This document shows, in pieces, positions 12,010-25,784 of a stretch of 64,000 bases of DNA (position 1 is its first letter; each line of letters begins with the position of its first letter). The notes beneath the pieces were generated by a model that was not told the origin of the DNA, searched no databases, and saw nothing but the letters and a program-made list of their open reading frames with translations. The DNA is from TPA_inf: Saccharomyces (Eukaryota). The translations under genes were made by a program, and so were the position numbers. The DNA lies in contig BK006948.2 in NCBI GenBank assembly GCA_000146045.2, forward strand, positions 640,001 through 704,000, given 5' to 3'.

Positions 12010-13884
12010 CTACATGGATTCAAACTCTGTATCGATATATCTACCATTCCTTAGCAACGTCTTGCATAACATGGGCATTATTTCCACTTGCAAGGGTTCC
12101 AAAGGAAACTTTTCACCATCCACTGAAAATAAACCTGACTCCACTTTTGGTATAATCTTATAAGCCAATATTTTTGAGTGAATAACTTCTGGCTCTAATA
12201 CATGAGAACCTTTATCCAAGGATAATAAAATTGGTGTCATTCTTGTCACTGGGATTCTTGCATCCGTTATGACTAAATCAATGGTACCATCCGCTGGTAA
12301 AGCAGCGGGAAAAAATTTGGTGTCCTTAGCAATATACGGCATTTTCCCTGTGTAAAAGATTGTTAAGTTATCAGTTAGCTCTGAATCCATTTTCTCCCAG
12401 TCTCTAGGTACTGGTTCCGTCATCGGATACTTTAATTTAAAGTTGTCCTCGTTGAGAAAATTCGGTGAAAGTTCATCTTTTGTACTGTTGTTGATATTGT
12501 TTTTAGATAGTAAATCCGGCGAAGAGTTTGGGCTAGGATTTGGTTCGAAGGTTAAACATCCTTTGTTTTTATCTTTATTTTCTAAGAAATGAACTTTTAA
12601 TTCCTTTTTAGATTTGGCAGCATATTTGACGAAAACTTCGCAGGGATATTTCTTACCTTGGATAATGTTGAATGCTACACCCAAATTAAACCTAACGGGA
12701 CCCATCCATCTGATGAATTCAGTGTTAATATCAGATTCTGCAATAACGCCGTACGTCTGACTCAAAAAGGATAATCTTGGCCATTCGTTCATATAAGAAG
12801 GTTGGGAACAACACATTAAGTCTATTCTTGTTTCAATGGATTTGACAAGGCACAGAGCGGCGTACGATGGGTTATTTGTCCAATGACATGAAATGCTCAT
12901 AGCATTTCCTGAACCGCAAGGTAGCTGAGTTACGGCTAGTTTATTGAACGCATCCACTCTGTCGGGTCTTCTATAAAGCCCATTAATTACTTCGTATGGA
13001 ATACCATCACCCGAGGCACATGCAATGGTATCGTATTTGCTGATATCTAAATCTTTGGCAATATCGATGGCGTGACGGGCATATTTTGTGTATGCAATTT
13101 CTATTTTGCAGCCACTTTCCACTAGTATTGGCCTTGCTTTTGTCAGGAATAAATTTTTAGCAGTACCTTTACCACCGTGGGGATTAATAATGACTAATAT
13201 CGATCTGTTTCTCTTGGAATTTTCATAACTTTTTTCCAGGATTTCTTCCACAGTACCAGAAGAAATGTTCTCCTCTCCGGTATTTGCTCTCGATTTCCTA
13301 GAAACGTGATCTATTAACAAGGTTAATTTTTGTGGTATAACATCATGGCCCTTGGGTACAGCAAAAGTTAACTCAATTAACTGTTGATTATCTTTTATCC
13401 CTAAAGATGGTGAGTTATCCTGTGAATCATCGGGAGACACCTTCACAGTGTTCGTTTTTGTATCCCACTTGTCTTTTTTGGGAAATGACTGTGATTCGCT
13501 TACAGGAGCCTTATCATTGCTCAAACTATGATTCTCAACGTCGTCATTTTCAGACGAAGAACTCAGATTTTCCGTTTGAAAAGGATTCGAAGAAATTTTG
13601 CCATTATTGAAGCCTTTCTGACCGACATTCACATATTTTGCGTTCAAAATTCTGTTGAACGGAATGGTAGTATTAAGAGGCAACAGTTCCAGGGAATCAT
13701 CCTCATCAAAAGAACCTCCATCAGAGCTCAAAGTTCCATCATCCAGACAGGACAAGCAGCTCAACAAGGATAAAGAATCTCCGCTTCTGAGTTGACCATG
13801 CTTATTGAACATATGGTGTGATTGCGATTTGATCAATACACCTTCATCGGTCAAGATAGCCCTAAGTTTTTTCTGCACCACCAT
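12010..13884 (-). CDS. LCB4: Sphingoid long-chain base kinase (DAG-kinase catalytic fold), 624 aa.
   Basis: 624-aa ORF containing the lipid-kinase motif [12 protein letters not shown] and SGDGIPYEV. It is convergent with GLN4. Confidence 0.93.
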
Positions 13885-14209
13885 TATCTATAGTAGATTC
13901 TTCGCGTACTTTTCGCTGCTAGACTTTTGTGTTCTTGATAACCTCCAGGATCAGTACGTTAGACAAGGGAAAGTATCAGATGGGTTAAACACGAATTTTC
14001 ACCTTCTTGTATGCCTTTCTTCCGTTAAATCATCTTTTTGCTTCAAGACCCTTGCAGCACGTTTTTTTCAGGCTCGGCAGTAGGGTGACACCCATGGTTT
14101 ACAAGGCGATAAAATGACAAATGCCAGGTGGTATTGTAATAATAACGGCAAGAGTATAGAAAGTCAGAGGGGAAAGCACATTGAATGGTCCTGGTAAAGG
14201 GAGTTGTTA

Positions 14210-16570
14210 ATGAGTAAGCGGGGTAGTTTACAGGATAGAGCTTCCCCATCGGAGGAAACTGTAAAGAAGGCGCAGAAGAGACGGAAACCAATAAAGTCAT
14301 GCGCTTTTTGTAGGAAAAGGAAATTACGTTGCGACCAGCAGAAGCCAATGTGCTCAACTTGTAAGACGAGGGGTCGTTCTGGTTGCCTGTATACAGAGAA
14401 ATTCACCCACAAAATAGAAACAAAAGAGTTATTTGGCAGTACTCCGAACATTGAACTGTTGAAAAGGATTGAGGATTTAGAGAAAAGACTAGATGACAAA
14501 GAGTTGACGGAGAAGGATGTAGCGCTTAGTACGAGCCCATTTAGGAACCCTTACGCTAATTTTTACTATTTACAATGTAAAGGCTCGGGAAGAAGAATAG
14601 TATATGGTCCTACATCTTTGAGAACGCATCTCTCAAACGATGATAATCGGTTTGTAAACACGTATAATCAGCTCTGGTCCAAAGTGAAAATCGAGAGAAA
14701 CAGATGGAAGGCTAGGCATAAATGGACAATGAAGCCAGAAACTCAACTCCTAGAGGGACCGCCGTTAGAAAAGACAGGCTCTGACATCTTGCAACAGGTT
14801 TGTAACGTTTTGCCATCTTTTGAACAATCGTCAAAGATTATAACAGACTTTTTCAATACTGAACTGGAAACTAATGAAGTTAGTGAAGTATTAGATAAAA
14901 CCAAAATAATAAACGATTTCACTTCCTCGTTTCTTCCAAGTGACGAACTGTTACCCAACGGTGAAAGGCGGATTGAAAAGTTATTACCATCGACAAAGAA
15001 AAACTATTATAAGATTGGAGTTATTTTGATGATACTGTGTATTCGCCATTTCTACAAAAATACTCCGGAAGAGATAGAGAAATTTCTCATCATGCTGACG
15101 GGACTGTCAACAGCTAAAGTATATTTCATTGAACGCGCTCAATTTCTCTTATTGAAATACTATCATCGAGAACTAATTTGGGCGTGTGGAGACGATTCGC
15201 ATATGATTAGTCTAGTTGACTTATTATGCAGCACGGCAATTATGCTGGGTTTACACTTGAATATAAGAGAAATATACAAAAATCAAGAAAATATTGTGGG
15301 GAGTATGGAAAGTTTGGAAAATTTGTGGGTTTGGATTATATTATCAGATTTCAATGTTTCTTTAAATATTGGGAGATGTTTGGCGATTAACTCATCCTAT
15401 TTTCAAGTCGATGAATGCGAGAATGGTGAGAGGTTGCCTAAAAATACAAACAATTATTCATCGACGGTTTTTTTCGATCAGTCAAATTCCTGCATGGGCA
15501 AGCTTAAAAGGTTTTTAAGATTAGCTCGACCAATGCTAGATCAAATTTATGATAGAAGCGCATTTCCAGACTTAGCCGAAAATTGTAAAAAACTAAGAAA
15601 CTTTGTAGAGACTGAATTCCACCCAATATCATATTACACTGACAGTGAGTTAATATCTAAAGTTCCTTTGTGCGAGATTAAAGTGCTTGCGCAGGTTTTG
15701 AATTTGTTGTTGACGTTTTATTCCTTGAGGTATTTGATTTACAAGGAAAAAAGCGTTGTTTTAGAGAACAACATCCTGCAAACCATTTTGGTCTCTTTTT
15801 CCCTTGTCATCAATACGACCATACTGTGTTTTAACCTAGATGAGAAGCATTTTCCTGAGTTTTTTGATCATAATTGCGTTCATTTACCGCCATTTATGGC
15901 CTTGTCTTTAGTATACACAAATTTCCTTTTTCCTAGGGCCTCTACTGGCTTTTGTGCGTTTTTGTATCATAAGTTAACTCTTTTTGAGAAGGGCTATTAT
16001 CTATCATCCAACATCAAAGATCAAGAAGTCACAGATTGGGATTTGTCAACCTTGAATATCCCGTTGGATAAAGCTATGAACTTACTTACTGCTTTCAAAA
16101 TACATTCAGATATATTTGCTAAATGGTCTAATGATAACAACAAGCAGTTAAGAATTATTATGGCTCGCTCTTATACATTTGTTATCAACATCGCCCTGGA
16201 AAGCATATATAGAGCTGTTTTGGAAAAAGTAATCAAATATAGAACCGAGGTCGAAAACACATGGTTACAACAACTCCAAGACGAATTGAATGGGTCCTAT
16301 TCGCTCACTGACAATGTAAATACTCCAATCGATCCCAGTTTAAGTGACCTGGGCGTCACAAGCGCCAGTCCATTGGCGGGAAATTCTCCAGGATTACCCC
16401 CGGAGGAAGTGCGAAATAACAGCGAAAACGCTTCGCATAACAATGAAACTGGGCCAATTGAGACTGAACTGGCACAGACAATATCCAACGAATTTTGGAC
16501 GGCGTACAACCTTGGCTGGGAGGAACTAATGAGTCAGCCAGATTATAAATATTTATTTGATACGCAGTAG
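14210..16570 (+). CDS. YRM1: Zn2Cys6 transcription factor YRM1, a paralog of YRR1, 786 aa.
   Basis: Zinc cluster KSCAFCRKRKLRCDQQKPMCSTC. The track ORF starts at TTG 14204; the first ATG is at 14210. Confidence 0.9.
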   Translation: MSKRGSLQDRASPSEETVKKAQKRRKPIKSCAFCRKRKLRCDQQKPMCSTCKTRGRSGCLYTEKFTHKIETKELFGSTPNIELLKRIEDLEKRLDDKELTEKDVALSTSPFRNPYANFYYLQCKGSGRRIVYGPTSLRTHLSNDDNRFVNTYNQLWSKVKIERNRWKARHKWTMKPETQLLEGPPLEKTGSDILQQVCNVLPSFEQSSKIITDFFNTELETNEVSEVLDKTKIINDFTSSFLPSDELLPNGERRIEKLLPSTKKNYYKIGVILMILCIRHFYKNTPEEIEKFLIMLTGLSTAKVYFIERAQFLLLKYYHRELIWACGDDSHMISLVDLLCSTAIMLGLHLNIREIYKNQENIVGSMESLENLWVWIILSDFNVSLNIGRCLAINSSYFQVDECENGERLPKNTNNYSSTVFFDQSNSCMGKLKRFLRLARPMLDQIYDRSAFPDLAENCKKLRNFVETEFHPISYYTDSELISKVPLCEIKVLAQVLNLLLTFYSLRYLIYKEKSVVLENNILQTILVSFSLVINTTILCFNLDEKHFPEFFDHNCVHLPPFMALSLVYTNFLFPRASTGFCAFLYHKLTLFEKGYYLSSNIKDQEVTDWDLSTLNIPLDKAMNLLTAFKIHSDIFAKWSNDNNKQLRIIMARSYTFVINIALESIYRAVLEKVIKYRTEVENTWLQQLQDELNGSYSLTDNVNTPIDPSLSDLGVTSASPLAGNSPGLPPEEVRNNSENASHNNETGPIETELAQTISNEFWTAYNLGWEELMSQPDYKYLFDTQ

Positions 16571-17103
16571 AGGAGAAGTTCTTTTACAAAAAAACATGCT
16601 TGCGACAGCAGCTAGATAGAAAACTTGCATATTGTAATGGAAGACAGTCGAGAGCAAGCCATTGGCTTGGACTTGCGCTTGGACCTATCTTTCGGACCAA
16701 CTATTTAATGATTAGTAAGACAAAAATGACATTTAAGCATCTATAAAATAAGAAAAATAAAAAAATGAAGGGAAAAAGCTAAACACTAACTTCTTGACCA
16801 AACAAACAAGGAAAAGCCAGTAATTGCGTGAACAAAAGGCACCTGCAATTGTTCTGATGGATGTACTTTGTCCAACCTATTCTGCAAGAAAAAGAAATCA
16901 ACTCCAAAGAAGTATGGAGCTTACTGGCACTCTAGCCTCCAAAAGCTGTTAAAGTGTTCATTCGATTGTCAAAAATCTTCCCCATAATAATCACCCACCT
17001 CAACAAAATACTTCCACTTAATTATTGATCGATTAGAGCTAGCGTCAGTGATTATATGCTAGTCCGAAAGGACAGCCCCATGACAGCGGCCGCGCAGACG
17101 CCT

Positions 17104-18325
<1,222 letters not shown>

Positions 18326-18746
18326 AGGTAGAAGAGCAGCACTATTTTTTCATGTGCTGAACTTCAGGAAGCGCCGGCTTATATAAATGTCTTATTTAAA
18401 TGTTTGTGTATACATCTCAATGGATTTTGAATTTTAACATAGAATGCGAATGCACAGTAACATAGTACATTCAGTTGCTATTTTCCGTATAAGCTTTCTT
18501 TCCCTTATAGCATACATAGCCTTTGACGTATTGCCAGCCTTTTCAAAGAAATGCGAAAAAATAGTGCATTACCACCTACGTAAGGTAGGCTGGAGAAAAA
18601 GATAAACTTTTGCATTCTCTGCTCACCATACCGCGAAGGAAAGTAGTTATAACGTGTCCCGTTTTCAACAAGGTTTTCTGGTATATTGTTAACGGTGGAG
18701 AAAGCATCTAGTATCAATTACTTCCAGAGTACACACAACGAATGTT

Positions 18747-19601
18747 ATGTCTGTCCAAGATACTAAAGCGGTAGAGTTTTCTATGGGTCACATCAGATCA
18801 TCCTCTGTATCCCTGGTAGCAGAGGCTACTTCAAACACGAATAGTGAAGACAAATTATCTAAGGTCCAACTCTACGAAGATTTGTGCCGGTACGAGGATA
18901 CATTGAGTAAGTTGGTGGAATCTGTAGATCGTTTCAAACCAAACCTTGATATTGCCAAGGATTTGATCAGAACTGATGAGGCCTTGTTTGAAAACGTCAA
19001 ACTGTTAGCTGAATATGACAATATCTACCGCAACTTACAGAAGATTGACAAAGACTCTGAAGAACTAGATTCTAAAACCAGGAAGATATTGGAAATTCTA
19101 AATGAATGTCATGACGAGTTAAAAGCACTACCGATGCTTGAACAAGTAGAGTTCGAGAAAAACACAATTTTACAGCAAAGATCGAAAATCAATTCGACAG
19201 AGTTGTTGGATTATGCCACCAAACTCTCCAAGTTTACCAAAATACCACCAACGTTCGACAAGGGAGCTGTGGGACCCAACAATTTTATATGGCCCGCAGA
19301 GGATGCCCTACGAAGAGGAATGCTTGCTATGGCCTCATTACATAGTAAAGAGCTAACTAGAATACCCGGTGAAGAAGTAGAAGAAACAGAAGTACCGACC
19401 GTACCGCCATCTCAAAGTGAAGAACAAAAAGGGCAGATGGCCAAGAAAGAAGGTACACCAAAGACAGACTCGTTTATATTTGATGGTACTGCTAAAGAAG
19501 TTGGTGATGAGGCAGACAATACCAAAGATAAAGAAAAGGAAGAAAATAATGATGATGCCCTAGATCTTGATCTTGATCTGTTTGATCCGGACGACTTCTA
19601 G
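18747..19601 (+). CDS. MED4: Mediator complex subunit 4, 284 aa.
   Basis: 284-aa ORF with an acidic C-terminus ...DALDLDLDLFDPDDF. Position matches YOR174W. Confidence 0.9.
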   Translation: MSVQDTKAVEFSMGHIRSSSVSLVAEATSNTNSEDKLSKVQLYEDLCRYEDTLSKLVESVDRFKPNLDIAKDLIRTDEALFENVKLLAEYDNIYRNLQKIDKDSEELDSKTRKILEILNECHDELKALPMLEQVEFEKNTILQQRSKINSTELLDYATKLSKFTKIPPTFDKGAVGPNNFIWPAEDALRRGMLAMASLHSKELTRIPGEEVEETEVPTVPPSQSEEQKGQMAKKEGTPKTDSFIFDGTAKEVGDEADNTKDKEKEENNDDALDLDLDLFDPDDF

Positions 19602-19814
19602 TTGCAGTGTCTTGAATCTCTTCCTCGTTAGGAATGAAGAAAAAAAAAAGTTAGACAATAATTCGTGTAGGTAAAAGCGTATATAAAATTACATATATAA
19701 TTTACTGCAATATGTCAAAGTGTATGAAAAACATTTGAAAGTAAGTTCCCACAGGAACTGGAAAATAAGACAACAAGACTGTGACTTCCACACGCATCTG
19801 TCGTTTTTGGCCAT

Positions 19815-21674
19815 CTACTCTTCCTTTTTTGAAATAGGCTTTGGTGAGTAACCACTAAAACTCATTTTTCTCACACGTTCACCTGATCCACTTGCAGCGT
19901 TAGAAAATTCCTGCTTGAATCTTTCAAAAGCTTTAGAAAGGTTTTCCTCTTCTATTTCAAGACCATTTTTATTTCTCCATTCTTTGTAATCTTTGCAGAA
20001 ATCTTCCCAATCTTCCTTAGCATTGTCCCACTTTTCTAACTCAATTGGTGGAATACCTAAGTTCATTTCTTCTTCTTCTGCTGTCTTTCCCTTTTCATGT
20101 TCAATCTTTGCCTTCAATATACCACCCAAGTTTGGAGAGCTTGCAGAAATATCTTTTTCCAACTTCTTTTGTTTTCTAATGAATATTTCTTTAGGTTGTT
20201 TGGATTTAAAAAATTCAGTAACTTGTTTAGCATATGGTCCTCTGAATAGGAAAAATGAGAAAGCAACAATAATATGAACATAGAAATAAACAGAGCCCCA
20301 TACCATTAAAGATGGCTTCAAATCAAGGATAATAAATGGTTGCACCATGTAACCAAATGCTAGTTTAATTGCATATATGCCAACTAAATCGTAGATTTTT
20401 TTAGAAGGCAAAGGAGTGACACCATCTTCTCGCAAGAAAATTGGTCTAAAATTGCGTCTGTAGATTTTACCACATGTTTGGTACAAAGCCCCTGTCGCAA
20501 AAGTCAGATAGTACCCAGGTCTGGTACCATGCCAAAATGCGGAAGTTAGGAAAGTAAACAAAGTTGAGCGGAAACCAGGTTTTTTGCCCTTCTTTGTGAC
20601 ACGTAAATAAACAGAGTATTTTAGCCACTTGTTAGTATTCATATTCCATGCTTCCAACATTTCACGCGTATTCTGCGCCGTTTCTACGGTCCAAATGTCA
20701 ATATTTCTGACACGATCCCATCTGATCTTTTGTGTCTTTGAATCATAACCATTATAACCCAAACCGCACAAAATACAAGATCCTTCCGAAATAGTCCAGG
20801 CAGCGTAGTACTTGAATCTATGGATGAAACCAAGCAAGAATAAGTAATGGATTCTGAATATAAAAGATCTCGTTGGGAAGCCATCTTTGTCCAAAACGTA
20901 TTTTACGGGGAAGTGCTTCATTCCTAGTGTACTTAAAATCATCCAAGCAAGACCTTGAACAACTTTCCATAATGCAAGTTTACCATTCTTTGGAATCTGT
21001 CTTCTTTCACCAGGGTGGTGTCTTCTCATAGGCTTTTTGCTTTCAGGCAAGTCACGGAACATCTCACAATTCAACCAGCTGTCAAAATCGGCATAATCGA
21101 AACTTGGGCCAGTTAGCAACGTTGAATAGAAAAATGCATATGCCAGGAACTTTAATAAGGGTGGATGACCTCTGACAGCACGAGATTTTTGATGCTCAGT
21201 CAAATCTTTGAAATCGCTTTCGCTAGTGCATGAACCATCATAGTACGACCATGCAAAAGAAGTTAGTTTCATGGCTAAAACCATTTGTGAACTTGTAATG
21301 TCAACGGTAGTTTGAGTCTGTTCGTTAAGGAATTGGGCGTGTATATGATTTATTGCCAAATGACCCATAACAAACATGAAATTCAAGTGTGGCATAAACT
21401 TGGAACGGTAAAATCTTGAGATCAAGTAAGTAAACATGGTACTAATAAACAGGGTCCTGAATCCACTTACTAGATTCAGCACACCGAATAAGTAAAACAT
21501 CGACATAGAAATGATAAAACAACATTTTAAACCTATACGCTTCTCGGGAATTCTCTTCAAAATAGCATTCAGTGGGAACGATCCCAATAAGCAGATAGCA
21601 TATCGCAGTGTAAAACTATCAATCCCATAGTTGGTAATTATCTTTGTTAAAACAGCGTCCACAGGATTGTACAT
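19815..21674 (-). CDS. ALE1: Lysophospholipid acyltransferase of the MBOAT family, 619 aa.
   Basis: Multi-pass membrane protein with the MBOAT histidine region (FWHGTRPGYY). Length 619 aa. Confidence 0.93.
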   Translation of the reverse strand: MYNPVDAVLTKIITNYGIDSFTLRYAICLLGSFPLNAILKRIPEKRIGLKCCFIISMSMFYLFGVLNLVSGFRTLFISTMFTYLISRFYRSKFMPHLNFMFVMGHLAINHIHAQFLNEQTQTTVDITSSQMVLAMKLTSFAWSYYDGSCTSESDFKDLTEHQKSRAVRGHPPLLKFLAYAFFYSTLLTGPSFDYADFDSWLNCEMFRDLPESKKPMRRHHPGERRQIPKNGKLALWKVVQGLAWMILSTLGMKHFPVKYVLDKDGFPTRSFIFRIHYLFLLGFIHRFKYYAAWTISEGSCILCGLGYNGYDSKTQKIRWDRVRNIDIWTVETAQNTREMLEAWNMNTNKWLKYSVYLRVTKKGKKPGFRSTLFTFLTSAFWHGTRPGYYLTFATGALYQTCGKIYRRNFRPIFLREDGVTPLPSKKIYDLVGIYAIKLAFGYMVQPFIILDLKPSLMVWGSVYFYVHIIVAFSFFLFRGPYAKQVTEFFKSKQPKEIFIRKQKKLEKDISASSPNLGGILKAKIEHEKGKTAEEEEMNLGIPPIELEKWDNAKEDWEDFCKDYKEWRNKNGLEIEEENLSKAFERFKQEFSNAASGSGERVRKMSFSGYSPKPISKKEE

Positions 21675-22397
21675 GTTGGAAGCGATCAGCAGCAGAATTA
21701 AATCACCACGGTTTGTCTTGGCGTATGCGGTTTGTCTTCTTGCTTGACCTGTGCCTGTATTTTGTCCTTGGCTTTAAATCTGTTTAATAAGAACCCTTTA
21801 TTTAGATGACCATTGTTTTCGACGGTTTGTGGTTTCGACGCGCAATGTGAAAGATCTTCAATGTTTTGTTGAACAGTAAAGCAAAACAGCTCAACAGCAG
21901 GACAAAAAAAGCTAAAAAAGAACTCTTCGCACTTTTAACAAGCAGTTTTACTGAACAATTTTAGAAGTAAATTTCAGGAAGGTTCAACAGCTTTACATGA
22001 AAGAGGATGCTGGCCATTTTTTTTTTTTAAAAAAGTTTTTTATATACACAAACTCAGTAAAATAATTACAAATATGTAGCATGTGTAGGATGCCTTGAAA
22101 CATCTCCGCTGGCAATAGCCGTTAGACATGCCCAATCTTCAATGGTCACCGTAAGCCTTATATGACGAAGGAGTTGCTGCCCTTCGTTTTCTCATGCTGC
22201 TTTTTTTCGTAGGGGATATGGGATTGAAGAAGGAGGACGCGAAGGAATACTTTTGGTCGGTCAAGGTCACTCTTGGCTTGACACCAAACAAGCGTAAATT
22301 CTCGTGTTCCACTTGAGTCGGTTTACAAGAAGTACAGAAATATTTAACACATACCTGCTATTTGGACAAATTTAGCAGTAAAAAAAAGAACGTTTAA

Positions 22398-23582
<1,185 letters not shown>

Positions 23583-23811
23583 TAAGGGCCATTCATCCCA
23601 CAATCTCAATATCAGTATATTCTCTTATTTATTAATTGAGGTTGCGTATTTATGTTTTCTTTGTGGTATATAATATATCATTATTTATTGCATTTTAAAA
23701 CTTTTTTTTTCATTATTTTTCTCTGTTGAATGCAGTCAACATCTCCCTTAATATTCGATACTCATCTTTAATACTATCAGCAAAAAGTTTAAGATAAAAT
23801 ATTCTTAAAAA

Positions 23812-23885
23812 CGATTTCGCCCAGGATCGAACTGGGGACGTTCTGCGTGTTAAGCAGATGCCATAACCGACTAGACCACGAAACC
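23812..23885 (-). tRNA. tV(AAC): tRNA-Val (anticodon AAC).
   Basis: The reverse complement reads GGTTTCGTGGTCTAGTCGGTTATGGCATCTGCTTAACACGCAGAACGTCCCCAGTTCGATCCTGGGCGAAATCG. It has an A box (TGGTCTAGTCGG), a B box (GTTCGATCC) and a 7-bp acceptor stem with one G-U pair. Confidence 0.85.
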
Positions 23886-23994
23886 ACTATTTGTTGAAAT
23901 CTTTAACAAGCGAGGAAACTTTAGTGAAATATTAAAAGGACTAAACCGGACCGGTTCTTCTATTTCTACATATCTAATCACCCAATGTAGTTTT

Positions 23995-24325
23995 TGAATA
24001 TTTGTGAATAGTTGGATAATTGTTGGGATCCCATTGTGCACAAAGGCCATAATATTATGTCTACAGAATATACTAGATGTCCTCCCTATAGGATATAGTA
24101 ATCCTCTAAATGGAACCGATATTTCTACATAATAATATTACGATTATTCCTCCTTCCGTTTTATATGTTTCATTATCCTAGCACACTATCAATCTTTGCA
24201 TTTCAGCTTCCATTAGATTTGATGACTATTTCTCAATCTTTATGTTATCTCCTTACGCCGCATGTGATAATATACTGCTAGTATGACTACTAGTTGATAG
24301 AAGATAGTTGATTTTTACTCCAACA
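23995..24325 (-). mobile_element. Solo Ty1/Ty2 delta LTR in reverse orientation, about 331 bp.
   Basis: The reverse complement matches the delta consensus from TGTTGG...ACTAGTA... through ...GGAATCCCAACAATTATC...TTCA. Termini are TG/CA. Its 5' end lies 110 bp upstream of the tRNA-Val 5' end. Confidence 0.8.
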
Positions 24326-24475
24326 AAAGTAACAATATTATTTAGAACTATAGATTCCATTTTGTGCATTCCCATATTCTCGAGGAAAACTTTTAGTATA
24401 TTCTGTAGACATAATATTATCGCCTTTGTGAACAATAGAATCCCAACAATTGTCGCAAATTTACCAATTTTCTAG
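24326..24475 (+). mobile_element. 3' fragment of a delta LTR, forward orientation, about 150 bp.
   Basis: Matches delta from ...AATATTATTTAGAAC... through CTCGAGGA.AACTT.TAGTATAT...GGAATCCCAACAATT.... It directly abuts the reverse delta, which is the pattern expected from nested insertions followed by LTR-LTR recombination. Confidence 0.7.
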
Positions 24476-24814
24476 ATTGCAGTCACCTTTTCAATTAATC
24501 ACTAGTGTTTCACTTGTAACATTGTCGTTGTTGTTTAACGTATTCTGTCCCGTGCCAACTATGACAAAAATGCAATGATTTCAGCGGTTAAATACGAAGC
24601 GCAACAAGAGTTAGCGAAAAATAAGTACCACCATTCTACGCTACCATTACTTACTGAAATTAGAGACAACTGTTATCTATTGGCAGATGTTCATACGGGG
24701 CTTTCAAATATTGATGAAATTATGTGATGTTTAGAAGAAGATTCGAACTGTTTTCAGTAGATTTGGTAACTGTGCAACCATAACTCATGCCATCTTTTGA
24801 CGTCATACATAGTT

Positions 24815-25146
24815 GTTGGAATAAAAATCAACTATCATCTACTAACTAGTATTTACGTTACTAGTATATTATCATATACGGTGTTAGAAGATGACGCAAA
24901 TGATGAGAAATAGTCATCTAAATTAGTGGAAGCTGAAACGCAAGGATTGATAATGTAATAGGACCAATGAATATTAACATATAAAATGATGATAATAATA
25001 TTTATAGAATTGTGTAGAATTGCAGATTCCCTTTTACGGATTCCTAAATCCTCGAGGAGAACTTCTAGTACATTCTACATACCTAATATTATTGCCTTAT
25101 TAAAAATGGAATCCCAACAATTATCTCAAAATTCACCCACTCTTCA
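24815..25146 (+). mobile_element. Full-length solo Ty1 delta LTR with an intact 5-bp target-site duplication.
   Basis: Runs from TGTTGGAATAAAAATCAACTATCATCTACTAACTAGTATTTACG... to ...GGAATCCCAACAATTATCTCAAAATTCACCCACTCTTCA. It is flanked by identical 'atagt' at 24810-24814 and 25147-25151. Confidence 0.85.
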
Positions 25147-25784
25147 ATAGTAATTCTATAACAACATCAATACTAGTCAATATACAGTAGTTGATTCTTA
25201 TTTCCCACCAGTGTAATCATTTTATTTTATTAAATCGTCCCCAACAAAAGTGGGCTCTCAAAATTCATCACATTTAAATGCATATAGGAAGAGCAACAGT
25301 TGGTTTGCATCTGATGTTCCTTAAAGATTTCGACATAATGTGCGAAGTAGATAAAATGGGTCATTTATTAATAGTTATTTCATTATTAACCAGTTGTGGT
25401 ACAAATGCAACTAAAGAAAAAAACTACTAAACTATCCGGGAAATGCGCCTTAGATTGCACTTCTTAATTCTTATTTTCGATTTTTATTTTTCCTTTGATA
25501 ATCATAAAGAGAAACGACGATCATTTCTAAAGCCATTTCTGCTAGTATACCGTTAAATAAGAAAAATAAAGCCAAATATTATAATTTTTCTAATGTGAAT
25601 CCATAAATATCAAAGCATGCAAAAAGGGAAAGAAGTAATGTCTTGGATTTATATAGCGTATTTGTCTAAGGGGAGCCAGCTTTAAGAAAAAAAAAAAGTA
25701 AAAAAAAATTCTTAAACATAATGTCTTTTTAATGTTTGTAGGTTAGGTTATAAACCTTAATTGTTTGGTAAGTGAACGAAATGC

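Noticed and set aside
11858-12163. 101-aa plus-strand ORF overlapping the 3' end of LCB4 (the position of the dubious ORF YOR170W).
   Set aside because: It overlaps LCB4 coding sequence on the opposite strand, and the GLN4/LCB4 convergent spacer is only 277 bp. Most likely not a gene.
24253-24435. ORFs inside LTR sequence: 24253-24435 on minus and 63431-63619 on plus.
   Set aside because: They lie entirely within delta LTRs, which are non-coding.
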